DNA of 64,000 nt from Deinococcales bacterium (GCA_031414595.1 JANNVX010000015.1:29084-93083); one strand, 5' to 3'. Shown: positions 50,554-60,821, numbered from the stretch's first letter. Notes: generated by a model not told the origin, from the sequence alone. Made by a program: numbers and translations.

Positions 50554-52299
50554 ATGCAAAAAAACATGGTCTTATTAGCGGCGTTTGGCGTTCTGTCTTT
50601 TGTTCCTGCTTTTGCCCAAAGCACCCAGACTGGCACTGGTGGGGCGGCTGCCACTGTGGATTCTCGAGCCACCAAAGCTGCTTTGGATGTACTGCGGAGC
50701 GGCGGTAATGCCATAGACGCGGCGGTCGCGGCGGCGGCAGTGCTGAATGTGACTGATCCATTTAGTGCGGGCATTGGTGGTGGTGGTTTTATGCTGATTT
50801 ACAATGCCAAAACCAAAAAAGTCACGACCATAGATGCCAGAGAAAAAGCCCCAAGTGCAGCCACCGCCACTTGGTTTAATGGCGCAAATGGGCAACCGCT
50901 TGGTTTTGCCGAACGGGTCTCGAGTGGATTATCGGTAGGTGTCCCCGGGACAATCGCTGGTTGGGATTTGGCATTAAAACGCTATGGCACAAAGTCATTA
51001 GCCGCCATGGTGCAACCTGCCATTGGCGTGGCTACAACAGGCTTTGATGCCGATGCAACCTATGTGGCACAAGTCGAAGGCAACCGCACCCGTTTTAATT
51101 GGTTTCCAGCTACGGCTGCCTTGTATTTAACCAAAGATGGCAAAGCCCCAGCCGTGGGAAGCCTTGTTAAGAATCCAGATTTGGCGCAAACCTTTAAGTA
51201 CATTGCTAGTGGTGGTTCTAAATGGTTTTACAATGGCGCAATTGCCAGAGAAATCAGTGCCAATGTGCAGCGTCCACCAAGTATTGCTAACCCACCACAG
51301 CCGATTCGCGGCGCACCGTTGACCGAAAGCGATATGGCAGCCTACAAAGCCATCGAACGCGCTCCAACCGTCAGCACCTACCGAGGTCACACAGTCTACG
51401 GTATGGGCAGCCCCTCAAGTGGTGGTTTAACCGTCGGGCTTGCCTTAAATTTACTCGAGGGATTTGACTTGTCTGCCATGCCAAGAGAACAGGCGGTTCA
51501 CTTATACTTAGAAGCCAGTCGTCTTGCTTTTGCTGACCGAGGGGTTTTTATGGGCGATGCCGATTTTGTACCAGTACCAGCCATTGGATTACTGAGTAAA
51601 GCCTATGCAGCCGAACGCCGTAAACTGATGACCGAAAAGGCAGTTGAAAACCCAGCCGTGGGAAACCCTGCACCATTTAATTTAAGTGCCTATTTTCCCG
51701 ACCCACTAGCCGTGTTTTCAGTCGAACCGCCCCGTCAGCCTCGAGAAACCACCCACATCAGCACCGCCGACAAAGACGGTAATATCGTGGCGTACACTTT
51801 CACCATCGAAACAGTTGGCGGAAGCGGCATTGTTCTCCCCGGGCGTGGATTTTTACTGAATAACGAATTGACCGACTTTGATGCCGTGCCGAACATTGCC
51901 AATAGTGTTGCAGGCAATAAACGCCCCCGCTCGAGCATGAGTCCAACCATTATTTTCAAAGATGGTCAACCAAAATACACCCTTGGAAGCCCGGGCGGAG
52001 CAACGATTATTACCACGGTACTGCAAAGCACCCTAAACTTAATTGACTTTGGAATGACCATGCCAGATGCGATCAATGCCCCCAGATTCTCTCAGCGCAA
52101 TGCCGCCAATACAGGACTCGAGAGCAATGCTAACCCTGAACTGGTCAAAGCCTTAGCCGCTCGAGGGCATAAATTTGGCGCTCCTGCCGAAATCGGCGCA
52201 GCCACAGGCATTGCTTTTAACCAAGATGGTTCAATGACAGCTGCCTCTGAACAAGTCCGCCGAGGCAGTGGCTTTGCTGGAGTGGTCAGTCCAAAATAA
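50554..52299 (+). CDS. ggt: Gamma-glutamyltransferase
   Basis: GGNAIDAAVA, GIGGGGF, DARE, nucleophile ETTHIS, KRPRSSMSP, GSPGG. Confidence 0.95.
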   Translation: MQKNMVLLAAFGVLSFVPAFAQSTQTGTGGAAATVDSRATKAALDVLRSGGNAIDAAVAAAAVLNVTDPFSAGIGGGGFMLIYNAKTKKVTTIDAREKAPSAATATWFNGANGQPLGFAERVSSGLSVGVPGTIAGWDLALKRYGTKSLAAMVQPAIGVATTGFDADATYVAQVEGNRTRFNWFPATAALYLTKDGKAPAVGSLVKNPDLAQTFKYIASGGSKWFYNGAIAREISANVQRPPSIANPPQPIRGAPLTESDMAAYKAIERAPTVSTYRGHTVYGMGSPSSGGLTVGLALNLLEGFDLSAMPREQAVHLYLEASRLAFADRGVFMGDADFVPVPAIGLLSKAYAAERRKLMTEKAVENPAVGNPAPFNLSAYFPDPLAVFSVEPPRQPRETTHISTADKDGNIVAYTFTIETVGGSGIVLPGRGFLLNNELTDFDAVPNIANSVAGNKRPRSSMSPTIIFKDGQPKYTLGSPGGATIITTVLQSTLNLIDFGMTMPDAINAPRFSQRNAANTGLESNANPELVKALAARGHKFGAPAEIGAATGIAFNQDGSMTAASEQVRRGSGFAGVVSPK

Positions 52300-52376
52300 A
52301 GGTTTCTCGAGTCTCTATATTGATCAATAGCTCGGTAGTTTTTTGATTTTTCGTATCGGTGACGCATTTGGTGTTC

Positions 52377-52402
52377 GTAGCAGCGAATCTCTGTGTTCGC
52401 CT
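52377..52402 (+). repeat. Degenerate GTAG REP
   Basis: GTAGCAGCGAATCTCTGTGTTCGCCT, similar to the copy at 25897-25923. Confidence 0.5.
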
Positions 52403-52469
52403 TATAGGATAGCAGAATTTGGATTTAGACTGAGAAATGTTCCAAACTATTGATAAGTGTATTTGAATT

Positions 52470-52506
52470 AAAGAACCGCTCGAGATTGTTTCCCGAGCGG
52501 TTCTTT
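52470..52506. terminator. Terminator after the S8 lipoprotein gene, with CTCGAG in the stem
   Basis: AAAGAACCGCTCGAGA/TCCCGAGCGGTTCTTT; one G-U pair in the minus-strand RNA. Confidence 0.8.
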
Positions 52507-52518
52507 TGCTTTGCAAGT

Positions 52519-55500
52519 TTACCAAGTCGCTGCAAAGCCAGCGACGCTCGTACCAAGGATGATGCTTAGTTGCGTTGGGAAATTTTGACTAAAATCAAAA
52601 TTAGTACAAGTGCTACCAGGAGATGGATAACACGAAAAGTATTCTGTAAATCCATCGTAATTGGTATCTATCAGGCTACGAAATGCGTATCCTGTGGCAG
52701 CCAGAATACCTGTGAAGCGGTAGACATAACCCTGCCCTTCGACCCAGTTCATGACAATTCGCACTGGTTCAGGGTTTGAGATAAAGGCATTGCCATCAGC
52801 ATTTACTTGTCGGGCTTCAATCATCAATCGTCCAGATGGGTTTGAGGCTGTGCCTTGAATATAGTACACAGGGGCTGTGGTGGACTGCAAACCAACTGTG
52901 GCAATGATACTGCCAACATATGCGCCATCGGCTAAACCAGTACGATTGAGGGTCACATTAACGGTTGTTGTGGCGTTGCCCGCCAGTGTTCCTGTGGTAC
53001 TGTTGCTGACTGTGGCAGATAAGAAAGCATTGGATGTGGTTATCGTAAAGTTACCCGTTGTGGCTGTCATGTTCTCTAAAGTTAAATCGCCAGTTGTTGC
53101 ACTGGTGCTTAAGTTAAGTCCCGGTAAGCCAGCGTTAAAAGCATTCTTAAATTGTAAGAATGCGCCAGGAAAACCGTTTCCAATTGCGCCATTGACGGCA
53201 GCTTGGGCATCCACCAAGCCGGCTCCACATCCTTTAGCACAGTCGTTCGCAGCATTTAAGACCGAAGCGGTGGTTTGTAAATAATAGGTGGCTTGGTAAA
53301 CATTGAGTTTTGGTAATGGCACAGCTTGGGCTAAACGCGCCGAGTTCATCAGGGCAATAATCCCAGCCACATGAGGGGCTGACATGCTCGTACCTTGTTT
53401 TTGACCATAGCCCCAAGTGGTGCAGCCTGTAGTAGGACTTGGCTGTCCTTGTGGTTGTAAAACTCCTAAGACAGTAATCATACAACCTTGGGTTGATAAG
53501 ACTTGATTTGGACTTAGAGCAGATAAACTATCCCCGCCAGGTGCAGTAATTTCGACTGATGTACCAAAGTTAGAAAAGTATGAACGTTTCGCCACAGTAG
53601 CTGTTGGACCAACTGAACCAACAGTAATCACACCATTTTGACCTGCTGGGGCGTATTTAGACGCATCATCGTTGCTATTTCCTGCCGAAACCACCACTAT
53701 TTTACCAGCCGCGTTAATTTGGTCTATTGCATCTTGGTAGGATTGGTCTGTACCTAACCCACCAAGGCTCATGTTCAAGACATCGGCTGGAAATGGGTTT
53801 GTAATGTTACTTGTGCCACTGCTGGTGGTGGTCGAAACGGTAATACCAGCCGCCCAGAGCATCCCACGAATAATATCGGAGCGCTGACCGCCAGAAGGTC
53901 CTAGCACCCGAACAGCCATCATTTCCACACCCCAACCAATTCCCGCAATGCCAGTTGAGTTATTGGTGCAAGCGCCAATTGTTCCAGCCACATGTGTCCC
54001 ATGGAAACTCGTACCAGAGTATGGTCCAAGGTCATAAGGGTCGTCGTCATCTACGGTATCGGGTTCAGTGCCTGCTGTGCTGTAACTCACAAAATCGTAC
54101 CCCGGTTGCCATTTATTGGTGGTGCAGTACAAATCTGGGTTAGTGCTGGGTTCTCGAGTGCTGTTGGTGTCATTGCCAATATAGTCGGCTTTGTTGTACA
54201 AAATACCTGTATCTAAAACTGCGACACGGACATTGGGTGTTCCAGTGGTTGTATCCCATGCCGAATTGATTTTTGCCATGCCGTAATGCCAAATATTATT
54301 GGGGCTGGTGGCAGTGGTCTGCACTGGGTAAAGTGGATCATTAGGGGTGGTGATATGAGCGCGGTCAATATAATTTGGCACTGCCCATTCAACATCGGCT
54401 CGAGCGCGGAGTTGGGCAATAAAATTCAGGGTATCCACGGCTATTGGTGATTCTGCTTGAATACCATCAATGCTGTTAGTGGCTGGGGTATTTTGGGCAG
54501 TCAAAACGACTGTTGTGCCGTAAAGTGGTTCTTGGTTATCGACAGCTAAAGTCCGCGCCGCCACACCAGCCGCAGGGGTTTTGAACTTGACAATGGCTTG
54601 CCCTTCGACAAATTCGGCTTCTTTGGGAATACCCAAGGCTTCTGGGCTACTGGACGTGACATACGGTACTTTAATTGTCCCAGAATAGGTTAGCCCAACA
54701 GGAGTGACAATATATATTGGGGCAGTCGAAATTTTAATGTTATCAAACTGAATTTTTGTGCAACTAGCGCAACCTGTAAGCGCAGCATTTGGTCCACCAC
54801 GAAAAGCAATTTCTTTTGCCCCAGCAATCCCACTGGCTCGAGTCACGACATTGGTTGTATTGACTACACCTTCCTCTGGGCTGCGGGTAAAACGCATCAC
54901 GGGTTCGTTCGCGATGACAAAGCTCATTCTAAAACGGTACGGGTCGTTGGCAGCTGTTGCGCCTTTTGGCATTTTCAAAGCTATCGTCACTTCGCCGGTA
55001 TCGCCAGACGCAAACGCCCGTGTCCAAGTTGGGGTAGCGGTGGCACAATTGGCGGTGCAGCGCCGTGCAACATAGCCATACTCGAGAACTTCATCGGTGT
55101 TATTAATATAACCAGCAGTTCGGGCTTGTTGGCTGGCAAGGGCGGCTTCGCTGATATGGAAAAATTGCAAATCGGCTTTATTGGCATCTACAGTGGTGGT
55201 ATCGTTTTGCATTGTATGGGTTGGTTTGACTTTCTGGGCATCAGTCGCGCTGGTAATCGGGTTGTTACCAAAGTCAAGGATGGTATTTAAGGCAGTTCCA
55301 CCAATATTGGTGCTTTTAGCAACTGCGTAGAGCGTTAGGTTGTCAAAGGCTTGGTTGGCAGTGATTTGAAAAGTTGCAGTAATGAAATTATCGGTATTGC
55401 CTATGTTGCTGATGTTCTGGTATGTGCCGGGGGTAATAAAAGTGACCGCAGAATCGGCTAATGCCGCCGCAGGACGTATTTGTCCAGAGTTGCTGTCTGA

Positions 55501-55638
55501 ACCAATTCCTAAGCTGGTTACGCCAACAACCCCAACAGAAAGATTGTTAATGGTGTCTGGCTGTTTATTTGGGGTTTGGGTACAAGCCGCTAAAGCCACA
55601 AAACCAATCAAAACCGACGAAATTATTTTGTGATTCAT
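52519..55638 (-). CDS. Large lipoprotein: unassigned ~300-aa N-terminal domain, S8 protease, beta-rich C-terminal domains
   Basis: Lipobox LAAC; triad motifs VLDTG, HGTHVAG and QGTSMSAPHV. Confidence 0.9.
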   Translation of the reverse strand: MNHKIISSVLIGFVALAACTQTPNKQPDTINNLSVGVVGVTSLGIGSDSNSGQIRPAAALADSAVTFITPGTYQNISNIGNTDNFITATFQITANQAFDNLTLYAVAKSTNIGGTALNTILDFGNNPITSATDAQKVKPTHTMQNDTTTVDANKADLQFFHISEAALASQQARTAGYINNTDEVLEYGYVARRCTANCATATPTWTRAFASGDTGEVTIALKMPKGATAANDPYRFRMSFVIANEPVMRFTRSPEEGVVNTTNVVTRASGIAGAKEIAFRGGPNAALTGCASCTKIQFDNIKISTAPIYIVTPVGLTYSGTIKVPYVTSSSPEALGIPKEAEFVEGQAIVKFKTPAAGVAARTLAVDNQEPLYGTTVVLTAQNTPATNSIDGIQAESPIAVDTLNFIAQLRARADVEWAVPNYIDRAHITTPNDPLYPVQTTATSPNNIWHYGMAKINSAWDTTTGTPNVRVAVLDTGILYNKADYIGNDTNSTREPSTNPDLYCTTNKWQPGYDFVSYSTAGTEPDTVDDDDPYDLGPYSGTSFHGTHVAGTIGACTNNSTGIAGIGWGVEMMAVRVLGPSGGQRSDIIRGMLWAAGITVSTTTSSGTSNITNPFPADVLNMSLGGLGTDQSYQDAIDQINAAGKIVVVSAGNSNDDASKYAPAGQNGVITVGSVGPTATVAKRSYFSNFGTSVEITAPGGDSLSALSPNQVLSTQGCMITVLGVLQPQGQPSPTTGCTTWGYGQKQGTSMSAPHVAGIIALMNSARLAQAVPLPKLNVYQATYYLQTTASVLNAANDCAKGCGAGLVDAQAAVNGAIGNGFPGAFLQFKNAFNAGLPGLNLSTSATTGDLTLENMTATTGNFTITTSNAFLSATVSNSTTGTLAGNATTTVNVTLNRTGLADGAYVGSIIATVGLQSTTAPVYYIQGTASNPSGRLMIEARQVNADGNAFISNPEPVRIVMNWVEGQGYVYRFTGILAATGYAFRSLIDTNYDGFTEYFSCYPSPGSTCTNFDFSQNFPTQLSIILGTSVAGFAATW

Positions 55639-55796
55639 TGTTCACCGCTTTCTAAGAAGTCTTGACCGAAGGTCTCAAAGTCACTGCTAAGCCCATTTGT
55701 ACCTATTGGCAGAGACACCCCTGTGAGTGCTACGTATTGGTTTTGTGGCTCGAGATTTGGCTTTTGATAGGGTTGCTTCCGAGTTTGTTCGATCAT
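55635..55796 (-). CDS. 53-aa peptide with a RiPP-leader-like YxxPxL motif (absent from the ORF track)
   Basis: SD GGAGG 6 nt upstream. Translation: MIEQTRKQPYQKPNLEPQNQYVALTGVSLPIGTNGLSSDFETFGQDFLESGEQ. Its TGA overlaps the S8 gene ATG (ATGA). Confidence 0.75.
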   Translation of the reverse strand: MIEQTRKQPYQKPNLEPQNQYVALTGVSLPIGTNGLSSDFETFGQDFLESGEQ

Positions 55797-55918
55797 TTAT
55801 TCCTCCGTGTCAAATTGTTATTTTAGAATTAGTCTACCCTTAGAAACCCAGTTAGTCGAAACTGAGAAGTCAACCAACTTTTGGATAGTCTATTCCCCAA
55901 CCCTTTGACTTGTATACC

Positions 55919-55952
55919 AGTTTAAGCGGGCAGCGTCACACCAGCGTTAGAC
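55919..55952 (-). promoter_or_regulatory. Putative promoter: -10 TAAACT with an 11-bp tandem direct repeat
   Basis: CAGCGTCACAC CAGCGTTAGAC at 55931-55952 (plus strand). Confidence 0.55.
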
Positions 55953-56034
55953 GAAAAGTGACCTTCAAAAGATGTAAAAATGCAATCAGACTCGAGCTAT
56001 AAAACTAGCCTAAGTCTGAACTGATAAACAAAAT

Positions 56035-56256
56035 CTAATAATGATCTAATTTAGAAAGCACATCTCGAGCCTCGGTAGGGTCGGTAATCGCTAATTTAGT
56101 GCCACCTTCAAAGTACAACACCAAACTGACATTGCTGCCCGAGGCTTGGGCTGGTGCATTGCGTCCAACTCCTGCCCCTAAACTACCAGAGACTTCGTAA
56201 TACTGGATGCTCTCGAGATTCACACCGCGATGCCCGACCCGTAAAAACTTTGCCAT
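56035..56256 (-). CDS. Small hypothetical protein
   Basis: TATACT 7 nt before the ATG; hairpin downstream at about 55986-56019. Confidence 0.65.
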   Translation of the reverse strand: MAKFLRVGHRGVNLESIQYYEVSGSLGAGVGRNAPAQASGSNVSLVLYFEGGTKLAITDPTEARDVLSKLDHY

Positions 56257-56304
56257 AAAGCAGAGTATAAACCAAATTTGGATTCGCTAAATTAGTGAAC
56301 TGGC

Positions 56305-56871
56305 TTAAGTCTCAAGCGGTGGTAATTGCTCATACAAACTCGATAAAACCACTTCAAAATCTAAACTTGGGAATTGCAATACAGCATTCCCCTCGAGCTT
56401 TTTATAACGCCATTCAGCCCTATCCCTCGAGAACACTTCGGCAATCGGTTCGACTTGCGAAAGCAATACATACTGCTCCAAACTTGGGATTTGTTGATAG
56501 GCTTGCCATTTCTCGCCTCGGTCTATGGCTTCGGTGGTGACTGACAAGACTTCAACAATGATTGTTGGACGGTGCTTAACTCGAGCTTGGTCAAGTGACC
56601 TGTCGCAGTACACAAATGAATCTGGATAATACCCCTTACCACTTGGGGTTCGTACCAGCACATCATTGGATTGTGCATAACAGCCTTTTGGAAAGGCTTT
56701 GTTTAAAAGCATTGCGGTTAAAATAATTGCCAGTAAATTATGTCTATCTGTTCCGCCAGCCATAACAAACAGATTACCATCTACAAACTCATGGCGTTCT
56801 TGACTATGAATTTCAAAGGCAAGAAAATCTACAAAAGTCGCTTGGGTTTTGATAGGTGCATCTCTGGTCAT
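56305..56871 (-). CDS. Uma2 family PD-(D/E)XK endonuclease
   Basis: RHEFVDG..MAGGT..H, YYPD, IVEVLS.TTE.IDRGEK, Y.QIPSL.QYVL. Confidence 0.9.
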   Translation of the reverse strand: MTRDAPIKTQATFVDFLAFEIHSQERHEFVDGNLFVMAGGTDRHNLLAIILTAMLLNKAFPKGCYAQSNDVLVRTPSGKGYYPDSFVYCDRSLDQARVKHRPTIIVEVLSVTTEAIDRGEKWQAYQQIPSLEQYVLLSQVEPIAEVFSRDRAEWRYKKLEGNAVLQFPSLDFEVVLSSLYEQLPPLET

Positions 56872-56918
56872 GGGTTTAGTATACTCGAGGGTCATGAGGT
56901 CGGTATACTCGAGTGAGT

Positions 56919-56960
56919 AAAAAATTCCCCTCGAGGCTCGAGGCTCGAGGGGAATTTTTT
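56919..56960. terminator. pnp terminator made of three CTCGAG copies
   Basis: Perfect 17-bp arms AAAAAATTCCCCTCGAG/CTCGAGGGGAATTTTTT; loop GCTCGAGG. Confidence 0.9.
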
Positions 56961-56968
56961 AGGGTATT

Positions 56969-59188
56969 TTAGCGCCTTGGTCCACGGTCACGGTCCTTAA
57001 AACCATCTTTACCACCACGGTCTGGGCGTGGTCCGCTTGGGCGGGCTGCCCTTGCAGGGACTTTACCCTCGAGTTCTGGGCGGCTCAGGTCTATTTTGCC
57101 ACGGTCATCTATGTTCACGACCTTAACTTGGAGCTTATCGCCAACGTTAAGCGCATCTTCGACTTTGGCAATCCGTTCCTCGGAAATTTGGCTAATGTGC
57201 AGCATGCCGTCAAGTCCGGGGATGATGTTAATAAATGCACCAAATTCCATGATTTTCACAACTGTGCCGTTGTAAACCCCACCCACTTTGGCTTCTTCGG
57301 TACTGCCTTGAACCCGCTCGAGAACTGCTTGGGCGGCGGCGGCATCGGCAGAGTAAATTCGCACTGTGCCGTCTTGTTCGATGGTGATTTCTGCCCCCAT
57401 CGCCTCGAGTTCGCGGATGTTTTTGCCACCCGGTCCAATGATTCCACCGATTTTTTCGGGTGGAATTTTGGTGGTCAGGATACGTGGTGCATACTGGCTC
57501 ATTGCGCCACGTGGAGCGCTAATCACAGCGTCCATCTTATCGAGAATATGAATTCGGGCAACACGGGCTTGCTCGAGGGCTTCACGCATTAAACTTGGAG
57601 TGATGCCCTTAATTTTCATATCCATTTGCAAAGCGGTAATGCCAGCCCTCGTGCCACAAACCTTAAAGTCCATGTCACCAAGCGCGTCTTCCATACCCAG
57701 AATATCGGTCAGAATCGCGTACTGCTCGCCCTCTTTGATTAAGCCCATGGCAACACCAGCCACAGGTGCTTTTAGAGGTACACCAGCATCTAAGAGCGCC
57801 AATGTCGCGGCGCAAGTGGTTGCCATACTCGAGCTACCGTTGGACTCGAGGACATCACCCACCACCCGCACCACATAGGGGAAATCGTTATAGGCTGGCA
57901 TGACGGCTTTAATGGCGCGTTTGGCAAGGTTGCCATGTCCAATTTCACGCCGCGATTGACCGCCAACCCGTTTGACTTCGCCCGTGCAGTAGGGCGGAAA
58001 ATTATAATGCAGCAAGAATTTATCGTTATCTTCTAAACCAAGGTCGTCAATAATTTGTTCACTCCGACCAGTGCCAAGGGTGGCGGTGCCAAGTACCTGA
58101 GTTTCACCGCGAGTAAACAAGCTCGAGCCGTGGGTGCGTGGCAAGTAACCCGTCTCGATGGTAATTGGGCGAACTGTTTGTGGGTCACGTCCATCAGCCC
58201 GAATCCGTTCCTCGAGAACCATCTTCCGCAGGGTATTTTGTTGAACCTTGTCGAAGGTATTCTTAAGCGCCGTGACTCGAGCCGCGTGAAGTTCTAAGTC
58301 GTCGGGGTCGGTGCTGCTTGGGGCTGGGTTGAGTTCGGCAATAATTGCATCACGCACAGCTTTAATGGCTGCACCTTTGGCTTTTTTACCCGCCGTTAAA
58401 ATTGCGGCTTTGAGGTTGGAAGCGGCAGCTTTTTCGGTAAATGCGGCTAAGTCAGCGGCTTTTACGGCTTCTTTAGCTTCGTCTACTTTTGGTTGCCAAT
58501 TAAAAGCGGCTTGTCCACATTCGGCTTTCATTTGCGAAATTAAGTCAAGCACACCTTGCATTTCGGCTTGGGCAAATTCGATTGCGCCGACCAGAATATC
58601 TTCGTTTTGTTCGCTCGCGCCAGCCTCAACCATCAACACTGCGTCTTTTGTTCCAGCCACCACAAGCTCGAGTTTTGAGGCTTCGATTTGCGATAAGGTT
58701 GGATTCAGCACATACTGCCCGTCCAAATGCCCAACCCGAACACAAGCCGTCGGACCATCCCAAGGAATATCGGAAATGGCAAGGGCAGCGCTGGCAGCGA
58801 TAGCGCCAAGTACATCTGGGGTATTTTCTTGGTCGGCACTGATGACGGTAATAATGAGTTGGGTTTCAAAGCGGTAGCCTTTTGGGAAAAGCGGACGCAC
58901 TTGACGGTCGGTTAAACGCGCCGACAAAATTGCCTTTTCGCCGGGGCGACCTTCACGGCGCATAAACGAACCCGGAATTTTACCGACACTATAATGGCGT
59001 TCCTCGAATTCTACCGTTAATGGCATGAAATCTAGCGTACTTGGCTTATCCGAAGCTTGTGCAGTCGCCAGAATCATCACATCACCGTAGCGCAAAACCA
59101 CACTGCCACTGACCAGTTTTGCAACTTTTCCTGTCTCGAGACTCAGTTCTCTGCCACCCAATGTGGTCTTATAAATTTTTGCTTCCAT
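56969..59188 (-). CDS. pnp: Polyribonucleotide nucleotidyltransferase
   Basis: [35 protein letters not shown] and S1 domains. Confidence 0.97.
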   Translation of the reverse strand: MEAKIYKTTLGGRELSLETGKVAKLVSGSVVLRYGDVMILATAQASDKPSTLDFMPLTVEFEERHYSVGKIPGSFMRREGRPGEKAILSARLTDRQVRPLFPKGYRFETQLIITVISADQENTPDVLGAIAASAALAISDIPWDGPTACVRVGHLDGQYVLNPTLSQIEASKLELVVAGTKDAVLMVEAGASEQNEDILVGAIEFAQAEMQGVLDLISQMKAECGQAAFNWQPKVDEAKEAVKAADLAAFTEKAAASNLKAAILTAGKKAKGAAIKAVRDAIIAELNPAPSSTDPDDLELHAARVTALKNTFDKVQQNTLRKMVLEERIRADGRDPQTVRPITIETGYLPRTHGSSLFTRGETQVLGTATLGTGRSEQIIDDLGLEDNDKFLLHYNFPPYCTGEVKRVGGQSRREIGHGNLAKRAIKAVMPAYNDFPYVVRVVGDVLESNGSSSMATTCAATLALLDAGVPLKAPVAGVAMGLIKEGEQYAILTDILGMEDALGDMDFKVCGTRAGITALQMDMKIKGITPSLMREALEQARVARIHILDKMDAVISAPRGAMSQYAPRILTTKIPPEKIGGIIGPGGKNIRELEAMGAEITIEQDGTVRIYSADAAAAQAVLERVQGSTEEAKVGGVYNGTVVKIMEFGAFINIIPGLDGMLHISQISEERIAKVEDALNVGDKLQVKVVNIDDRGKIDLSRPELEGKVPARAARPSGPRPDRGGKDGFKDRDRGPRR

Positions 59189-59278
59189 GTTTCACCTTTT
59201 CTTCGACTTCATGTCGGATTTGATTTTTTACCCTTGGCATTCTCTCACAATAAGATGTGAGGACAACAGGGTAAAAAA

Positions 59279-60229
59279 CTACGGTTCTAAAAATTTGCGA
59301 AAATACACGTAACCAGGTTGTCTTGAGAAACCCAAACGCTCAAGCAACGGTAACGTTCCTACATTTAGAGGGTCGAGATGAACTTCTATCATTGAGAAGT
59401 TGTTTGTTTTTGCCGCTTGAATAGCACGGACAACAAGGGCAGTGGCAATTCCAGTTCGCCGCAATTCAGGGGCAACACCACCAAATTCAAAAAAGAAAGT
59501 TGGGTCATTAGCATATCCAGTACATAATAATGCCCCAACTATCTGATGATTCTGCCATGCAATCCAACAAAACTCGGGCTTAAATCCAAATGCACCTAAT
59601 ACCTCACGGTCAAAATACGTTTGGCTGAGAATTTTTGTGGAAAAGGAAGGGTTGAACTCGGCAGCCAAGGAATTCCTAAACTCGAGTAAAGTAACTTGAT
59701 GGGTTTTTGAATCAGCCAATTCTGCCCACGTTTGTAGTGTAATCCCTTGAGTCAATAGCCTCGGCTCAAGCCGTATGTCTGAAGAAAAATGCTGAGGCTC
59801 GAGCGCTAACCAGAGGGTAGGTTCTATAGGTACAAAACTGTGTTTTGCATAAAATACTTGATGCGCGTCCCAATTTTCACGAATTTGTACCTCGAGCATT
59901 CCACCCCATTTGGAGCAGTGGCGTTCAATTCGTCTGATTGCCTGCGAGCCAATTCCATTGCGAGAAAAATCAGGATGAACAATCAAATCCAGAAAAAAGG
60001 CATGATTTGCCAATGGAGATTCAAATGGAATGGCTTCAAAAGTTGCTACACATCGACCATCAACAAAAACTAATTCCATTAAGGCTTGTTCATCAGGTTG
60101 AAATCCCGCCATTTCTGCCATGGTTTGCTCAGCAGTGTAGACATGGTTTTTGTATATCGTGTTGGTTAAGCTAACTCGAGCCAGATGATGCTCTAAGGTA
60201 TTTTCAAAAACCACAAATTCAAGATTCAT
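59279..60229 (-). CDS. Tandem GNAT acetyltransferase
   Basis: Two motif-A segments, VHPDFSRNGIGS and VAPELRRTGIAT. Confidence 0.8.
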   Translation of the reverse strand: MNLEFVVFENTLEHHLARVSLTNTIYKNHVYTAEQTMAEMAGFQPDEQALMELVFVDGRCVATFEAIPFESPLANHAFFLDLIVHPDFSRNGIGSQAIRRIERHCSKWGGMLEVQIRENWDAHQVFYAKHSFVPIEPTLWLALEPQHFSSDIRLEPRLLTQGITLQTWAELADSKTHQVTLLEFRNSLAAEFNPSFSTKILSQTYFDREVLGAFGFKPEFCWIAWQNHQIVGALLCTGYANDPTFFFEFGGVAPELRRTGIATALVVRAIQAAKTNNFSMIEVHLDPLNVGTLPLLERLGFSRQPGYVYFRKFLEP

Positions 60230-60648
60230 GATTCCTCGAGCATCAGCACATTAAAACCAGCTTGCCGAAAATGATGGTCGGTGGTGAGGACATCTTTAAT
60301 GCCTTTAGACTCCATGACCAGCATCGAAAAGCAATCCACGCCGCTCCAAGCCTTATCTTTGCGCTTACGATAGAATTCTGTTACTGCAATCAGCCAGTTT
60401 TTTCCACTGGTGATGATTTCGATACGCTCATTGATGATAAGTGTCTCAATAGACTCAGCCACAAAAACCCTCAATGCAGAATCTGATTTAGAGAACCAAT
60501 TTAAGGTTTCAAACAAAATGGCATCAGTAGTTACCCAAGCATAATTTTCAAATTTGACAGCTAAGGTTAAGGCTCTTGTGCGTTCTTGATCGCGCAAATT
60601 AAAAAGTGCAACCCAAAATGAGGTATCTATAAAAACTGTTGGAATCAA
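60226..60648 (-). CDS. vapC: PIN/VapC toxin
   Basis: VFIDTS, WSGVDCFS, TTDHHFRQAGF. Confidence 0.88.
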   Translation of the reverse strand: MIPTVFIDTSFWVALFNLRDQERTRALTLAVKFENYAWVTTDAILFETLNWFSKSDSALRVFVAESIETLIINERIEIITSGKNWLIAVTEFYRKRKDKAWSGVDCFSMLVMESKGIKDVLTTDHHFRQAGFNVLMLEES

Positions 60649-60821
60649 AATTCCCCCATTCCTTGTTGATTCACTTTGGTTGAGCCGTCTCGAGGAACGC
60701 TATCCCACGCTGAATCTGGGACTTTCGCGGCTGAACGCTCTAAATTATCAAGAAAAATGGAGATAGGACTTTTCTTTTTACGTGGGCGTTTTGATTTAAT
60801 AGAATCAAGAATTAAAGTCAT
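60645..60821 (-). CDS. Putative antitoxin
   Basis: 58 aa, overlaps the PIN gene; VP...W..VPRDGS motif; ATG 6 nt after TACAGT. Confidence 0.7.
   Translation of the reverse strand: MTLILDSIKSKRPRKKKSPISIFLDNLERSAAKVPDSAWDSVPRDGSTKVNQQGMGEF

Noticed and set aside
55635-55796. Canonical lasso peptide cluster
   Set aside because: No acidic residue at core positions 7-9, and no cyclase, B protease or RRE nearby. Kept only as RiPP-leader-like.
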